64,000 nucleotides of DNA from Euglena gracilis (lineage: Eukaryota): positions 40,293,572 through 40,357,571 of the forward strand of contig CP154954.1 in the NCBI GenBank assembly GCA_039621445.1. Reading direction: 5' to 3'. Shown in pieces: positions 58,001-64,000 of this stretch. Position numbers and translations under genes: made by a program. The notes beneath the pieces were generated by a model, which worked only from the letters and a program-made list of their open reading frames with translations, was not told where the DNA came from and did no database searches. Within the stretch, counting starts at the first letter, position 1. Each line of letters starts with the position of its first letter.

Positions 58001-59799
58001 GGGGGGGGGGTTGGACTCCCCCTCGGCTTCCCATACATCCCTGCCGCATCCAAAGGACGGTTCTTCCCCGAGAAGGTGTGGCAATGCTGTTATGCTGTCA
58101 AGGGCTCTAATTTCATTGGGAGGGCAGGTGGGGAGCCAGCCCCCATTCCTGGGTCCACTTTTTTTGCGGCGGAGGCTCGACTTGTGTTTTAGTTCCAGAG
58201 TGTCTCTTTGTTGTTTTCAGGAGTTCTTTTAGTCTTGGACCCCTATGGGGGGGGTAGGTGGGGGTGGTTGGTCTCCCCCCCCCCCTCCCTCCTGGATATA
58301 CTTTCCGAAGGCGATTGAAAATTTTTGAAAAGGAGCCTTTTTTTTAGGATTTTCGTGATTTTTGGCCATCTGTGTGGAAAAGTGTGTGGGGGGGTGTTGC
58401 GGGGACCCCCTGTCTTAAAAAAGCCCCTGTGCCCAGTCCCCCTCCCCCCCCCCCCGCAGGATGAATGTCGTGTTTCTTTTGAAGAGTGGAAGTGACCATA
58501 CGTGAGGAGAGGAAATGTGTGCCGGGTTTGTCGGAAACATTTTTTTGTTTTCAGGTGCTGAAGGTATTGGATACTGTGGTCGAAAAATGGTCTTCATGCG
58601 GGTGGGCTTTGCACAAGGCATGCCTCCAAACAAAAAGATCCGTGCTGGCAGCCATTTTCAGCTGGTCTTTGTTGTTGGTTGGCAGACAATTTTAGGAGAG
58701 AAGGCTGGGCCGGCTTGCAGCTGAGCTGGGGCTCCCCAAGGGGCCAGAATGATTTTCAAAAAAAAAATGGCTGATCGTTCACTTTTGAAAATTGAAAGTG
58801 TTGGTCAGTGCCAGTGTGGTAGCGTTGCACGTGGGGGTGGGGGTGGGGGGGTGGGGGGGGTGGGGGGGGGGTGGCTGTGCATGCGCACTCTGGGTGGGTG
58901 GCGGGCCCTCCCCCCCCCCGGGGTCTTAAAAAGAAGCCTGGTCCACTTTTTGCTGTCGGCAGGGGGGGAAAAATGCGTTTCGCATTTTCCCGCATTTTTG
59001 CGCATTTTTTGCGCATTTTGTCAAATTTTCCAAAAATGCGCATTTTTTGCGCAAATTTTTTTCAGCGCATTTTTTTGCTTTTTGGCACATTTTTTCGTGA
59101 TTTTCCAAAATTTTCGCATTTTTTGACCATTTTTGCAATTCTTTGCAAAAATTTGAAATTTTCGACTTTTTTTGAAACTTACATTTTCCTCATTATTCTA
59201 CATAATTTCTTCAAATTTGGTGCCATTTTTTGCGTGTTTTTGGGTAATTTTTGCATTTTCGTGATTTTTGCGCATTTTTTCTCGGATTTTGCACATTTTT
59301 GCGCATTTTTTTTCCAAAAATGCGCATTTTTTGCGCATTTTTTTGCGCTTTTTTGCGCATTTTTTCCGAGGCCGGGCGAGCGCATTTCCCCCCCCCCCCT
59401 GCTGTCGGACCGAATAGCAAAATTTTTGCCCTAACCCTACTCCTTCAATGACGACTGAGAGAAAATTCAGTGGCAGTGGGATGGCGAAACAGAACCCCTC
59501 TCAGACACCCCCGCTTACCCCCGCTTGGCACTTTCCCATTTCAACCCAAGATTTTTCCGACAAATAAATGCTTTTCAGCAACGATGTGGTTTTGCTTTTG
59601 AGAAGTTTGGTTAATCAATCTGGGACACCCAGTTAATCGCTTGGTCCCTGCTTTGGTGGTTAATTGATCATCCCTGCCACCCCCTGGGGGGGTCCAGGCA
59701 GCACCATTTTCCCAGCCGGTTCCCAATTTGGAGTCAAAACTGAATTTCAGCAGCAGGCATTTTTCTAATTTTTGCAATTCGGGGGCGTTGAGCGGTGGT

Positions 59800-60068
59800 C
59801 AGGCTTGCTTAGTGGGGTGCACACCCCATGGGGGGTGGGGGTGCTAGGGGCAGGCACCCCATAGCACCCGATCCGACCCCCCCCCCAGGGGGTAGGGTTT
59901 TGGGGGCCCATAGCAGGCACCCCCCTCCGACCCCGGCGCCGGGTGCCCGGAAAAGCCATTTTCGATGAAAAAATTCTGGGTCCCCCAGACCCCCCCCCCC
60001 CGGGGTGTGTCTGCTAGGGGCAGGCACCATATAGCACCCCCCCCCCCGGGTTGGTAAGCACAAGCATG
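59800..60068. mobile_element. hAT-like MITE family D (also 31568-31825 and ~37454-37737)
   Basis: CAGGCTTG(TG)CT...AGCACAAGCATG ends; degenerate TSD GCGGTGGT/CCAGTGGT. Confidence 0.5.
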
Positions 60069-61013
60069 CCAGTGGTTGCGCTGGTGTTTATGGGGTTTTT
60101 GGGGGTGGGGAACAGGCATTCATTTGGTGTGGTACACCAAGGTAGTCATTTTGTGGTTCACTGTGGACACGAAAACTTTTTTTGTGGTTCATGTGTGGAC
60201 ACCAAAATTTTTTGTGGTTCACCTGTGGACACTTAAAGAATTTGTGGTTCACATGTGTGCCGCAACAAAAATTTGATTGTGCGCCACGTGCACCGCGGAA
60301 AAAAAGCAGTTTTGTGCCGCGGCAAACTTCGCCGCGGCGCACTAAGTGAAAGTCTGAATCCAATGCGCTGCAAATCTTTTCTAAAAGAAGAAGGATTTGA
60401 CAGTTGGGAAACGTTTCCATTAATCACCGTGGATGGCACGAATGGTGATTCCCCATCCGATTCCCCAAAGGAGTTGGCATTTGATTGAGGAGGCCAAGAA
60501 ATTGATTGGGTCCACATCCTCCATTGTTGTGAACCGTGTCTGGGGGCTCCGTCTTCATGCCCAAACCGGTGTCTGGGACCTCGAACCGGCATCCCCCGAA
60601 GGAAATTCTTCCCGAAACCGCATCCCCAGACTTCGCATGTGTGCCGCAACAAAAATTTTATTGTGCGCCGCGTGCACCGCGGAAAGAACAAATTTGTGAC
60701 ACGGCAAACTTCGCCGCGGCGCACTAAATGAAATATGAATCCAATGTTGCGGCGCTACAAATTTTTTTTTGTGGTTCACCTGTAAACACCAAAAATTTTT
60801 TGTGGTTCACCTGTGGACACTGAAAAATTTTTTGTGGTTCACATGTCTTTTTTGAACCACACTGAATGAATGTCTGGTGGGGAACCCACTGAGCTGGTCC
60901 CGGGGGCTGGTTGCGATTTTTGGCACACCCCCCCCTTTCATGGCATTGAGCCCCACCCCTTCCCCCACAGTCGAATTCAGCCCAGAGTTTTTTTGAGTTT
61001 TGTGTCCCGGGTG

Positions 61014-61304
61014 CAGGGATTTTTTTTAAGTTTTGGCCCCCGGGGGGGGGGGAGGGGGAGGGGCAGGGTGGGTGTGTCCGCTGGCCCCCCTCCCCCCCCG
61101 GGGGGGTCCCCCCCGGAGGGGGGTGGGATATACTTTTCGGCGCCGCAGGCGCCGAAAAAGTTCTATTTTTAGCATTTTTCGCGATTTTTCGGCCATTTTT
61201 TGTGGGTCCCCCGGGACCCCCTCCCCCCCGGGGGGGGCCACCCCCAAGGGGGTGGGTGGGTGGGGGGGACCCCCCTCCCCCCCCCGGTCTTAAAAAAACC
61301 CCTG
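61014..61304. mobile_element. hAT-like MITE family C, uninterrupted and inverted relative to the 40472 copy; holds the empty DIRS site
   Basis: CAGGGATTTTTTTTAAG...CTTAAAAAAACCCCTG; TSD CCCGGGTG/CCTGGGTG; GGGATATACTTTTCGGCGCC joins the two DIRS flanks. Confidence 0.82.
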
Positions 61305-61353
61305 CCTGGGTGGGGAGTCCCGGCCTAGTTGAGTGGGAATCATGCATCGGGAT

Positions 61354-61713
61354 CAGGCTTTTGCTTAAGGACCCCTGGGGGGGGGGTACTGGCTAGCCAA
61401 TCGGCTGGACACTGGAAAAATTGGACCAGCTAAACCCCCCTCCCCCCTCCCCCTCCCCCGGACTGGAAAAATGAGGTTTTTAACAGGGTTTTGGCTGATT
61501 TTGTTCCAAAAATTCCCAAAAATAGCCAAACACGGGCATTTTTGGCCATTTTTGAGTGTCCCAAAAAATTTTTTGGCGCTTCGCGCCGGTCACTGGAAAA
61601 AAAAATTCCACTAGCTAGCCCTGCTAGAAAACCCACTAGCCAAATTTGGACTAGCTGCTGTCCCGCCCCCCCCCCCCCCCCGGGGGCACTGCAATCCCTC
61701 AAGCAAAAGCCTG
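61354..61713. mobile_element. hAT-like MITE family A, inverted (noisy copy ~34348-34707)
   Basis: CAGGCTTTTGCTTAAGG...CCTCAAGCAAAAGCCTG; TSD ATCGGGAT/ATGGGGAT. Confidence 0.8.
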
Positions 61714-64000
61714 ATGGGGATTTGCGGATGCCCATCTCCCCTGCGTCACGGCGAGAACTTTTTTAAAGAATTTTGTTTTGTTTTTTTTCCCTCGGTGCAT
61801 TCAGGCCAGCCTGGCACTCGGCCACCCCCTCCAGTCCACCCTTGAGCCATGGTGCTGCTGCAGCTGCCATCGCCCACCGAGGACCCGTTCCCCATCTGCC
61901 AATTCAGTGCCCCCTGCTCCCCCCCCCCCCGCGGCAGCTCACCGTTTCTGGGTGTCCCTCAACCGTGGACGCTGGTACGCACCCCCAGGAGGGTGCACTG
62001 AACGCGTGCGATGGACACATGTGTGGGGGGCATATGATGGTGGAATGGAAGCATGCTTTACCCCCACCTCAACCCCAGGCCATACAACCCACAGACATGC
62101 AGATGTGCACGTTTCTGGAGAACGCTCGCACACACACGCACACGCACTCGATGAAGGTTCAACGTCTAACGCACGACACATGCAGTCCACCAGGGTTGGC
62201 GTTTTTCCCCAGTGGGGTACGTTGCCAAGGGGCACTGAAGGCAGGCAGGAGCGCAGGAGCAACAGCGCCTTCTGGTTGCTTCACACCTGGCATCCCCATC
62301 ATTATAGGTTGGATTGATTTGGCTGTGAGGGCCACGGTGGGTCAGGCGGTTAATTTGTCACCCAGGTGCAAGAGGGGGCACACTGATCCCTCAGTTTGTC
62401 CCATCCCGCCGATGCCCTCCGGGCAGGTGCCCCTGAATAAAGGCTTGGTGGAGTTTTCATGGAGAAGCTGTGTGGTTTATTCTGTTGTCAATTTTTTTGC
62501 AAAATTTCTGCAAACACGTCATTGGGGGGTGCATTCAATTCTGTCAAGTTTTGAGAAGTTTTTTTTTTGATTGTTTCCCATGTGGGCGGGGTTGCAGCCT
62601 GCCCATATGCCGCCCCACCACCAGACACATGATGCCCAGGCAAGGCATTTTACAACCCCAAGCCAGACAACGGGTGAAAGGTGGTTAGTGGTGGCCAATG
62701 GTCAACTGCTTCTGGCCGTGTTCTTGGCCTGTTTTCCTGCTCTTTCTGCCCTTCTTCCTTCGGCCACCTCCTTTGATGCGGTCTTGCGTCGTTCTGCAGC
62801 GCTTCAGCAGCTTTGAAGCAGTTTTGCCACCTTGGACCTGTCTTGAGGGCTTTGGTCTTGCACTTGCCGTGGTTCAGCTTTGGCTGCTTTGGACCTCTTT
62901 CCGCTTCGCAGTGGCCACCTTGGCCACATTGGGCCCTGCTCACCGTGCTTTGGCTGCAAAGGCAGCCAAAAGGTTTGCTTCGGCCAGCTCGAGTTTCTAC
63001 CAGTGCTCTATCTGCTCTCCTCACACCTTGTGCCTGTTTTCTTGGCCACCCTGTTTGTTTCTTGGGTCGTGCCAGAAACAAGGCCATTGCATGAGGTTTA
63101 GGTTCAGGCATTGGATGATAAGTGCCTTGCCATGCCATGCATTTGATTTGATACACTGACCAATGTTGATGTGTCTCCTGATGTTTGGTGGTGGGTGGCA
63201 TTGGGCCAGGGCAGACAATGCTGGTTGTATTGACGGTCGCCGCATATTTTATCTTTTTTTTTGCGGCAATTTGTTTCCACAACAAAAAAGTTGGTTCCAC
63301 CAGAACCCAGTCCAGTGGGAAAAGAGCTCTCAGTGGTGGCTGTGTGCTTAATCTGGGCGGGTCTTTTTTCAGATGGCTAACCAAATGTTTGGCCGTCCGT
63401 TTTGGTGGGGGCAGCATGAGGTCCGAAGCCGTTCGCAGAAAAAACAGGCACCAATGCTTTGCACTCTGGGATGGGCCACACCGGGGTCGCCAGAAGGCAG
63501 CCCCGCCGCAGCCGCTGGCAGAGTGGCGGAGGCGGGTGGGCTGGAGCGGCATGCGCCCAGCCGCGACGGTGAAGATGAGGTGTGCGTGTGTGGGTGGGGG
63601 TTTGAACAATCAATTGGCATTCCTTCGTTCTCCATCCTTGCCATTTATTATTTTTGCTGAAATGGAGGGCCTTACTTTTGGGGGGGGGTTACAGGCTTGT
63701 GCTTAGTCAGGTGCCCACCCCATGGGGGGGTGCCAGGGGCAGGCACCCTCCAGCACTCATCTGACTACCCCCCGGGGGCCATTTTGGCCATTTGGTTTGG
63801 CAAAAATTGCTCTTTTTGCGCCTTTTTTCCGCCAGCAATTTTGCATTTTTGCTGGAAAAGTTTTTTGATTGCCAAAATTCCTCGTTTGACCCCCATTTCC
63901 CCAATACAGAAAATGTGATACCAAATTTGTCAATTTTTTGCTCGAAGATAAGCATTCTGTTGACCCCCCCCAAAAAAACGCAGAATTGACAAAATTTTCG

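Larger units (their letters stand above)
54050..58870 (+). repeat. ~1.51-kb tandem repeat, ~3 units (about 2.5 units at 26860-30640)
   Basis: Homologous ORFs start at 55469, 56977 and 58486, and at 28721 and 30235. Confidence 0.92.

Overview
Repeat-dominated eukaryotic DNA with no recognisable intact host gene. TTAGGG-type repeats, a CRE-clade LINE and many CAG...CTG MITEs suggest a euglenozoan, possibly a euglenid; this is inference only. 1-18.4 kb is a macro-repeat of ~196-bp satellite arrays alternating with a ~2.2-kb spacer that carries a GGTAC-ended foldback element, head-to-head telomere-like tracts and nested MITEs. 19-40 kb and 54-64 kb are mosaics of TIR elements, an AAGC-rich satellite, 1.5-kb tandem units with exon-like remnants and a ~10-kb segmental duplication. 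The centre (40.5-54 kb) resolves base by base into a four-level nest: hAT-like MITE > DIRS1-type tyrosine-recombinase retrotransposon (ITRs plus ICR) > unknown 243-bp structured element > apparently intact CRE-clade RLE LINE whose ORF has a 2A/StopGo motif (DIESNPGP). A second, truncated DIRS element follows, inserted in the left end of a third. Stretches at ~23.7-28.5 kb and ~32.4-34.3 kb look like low-quality consensus. Most short ORFs in the track are repeat artefacts.
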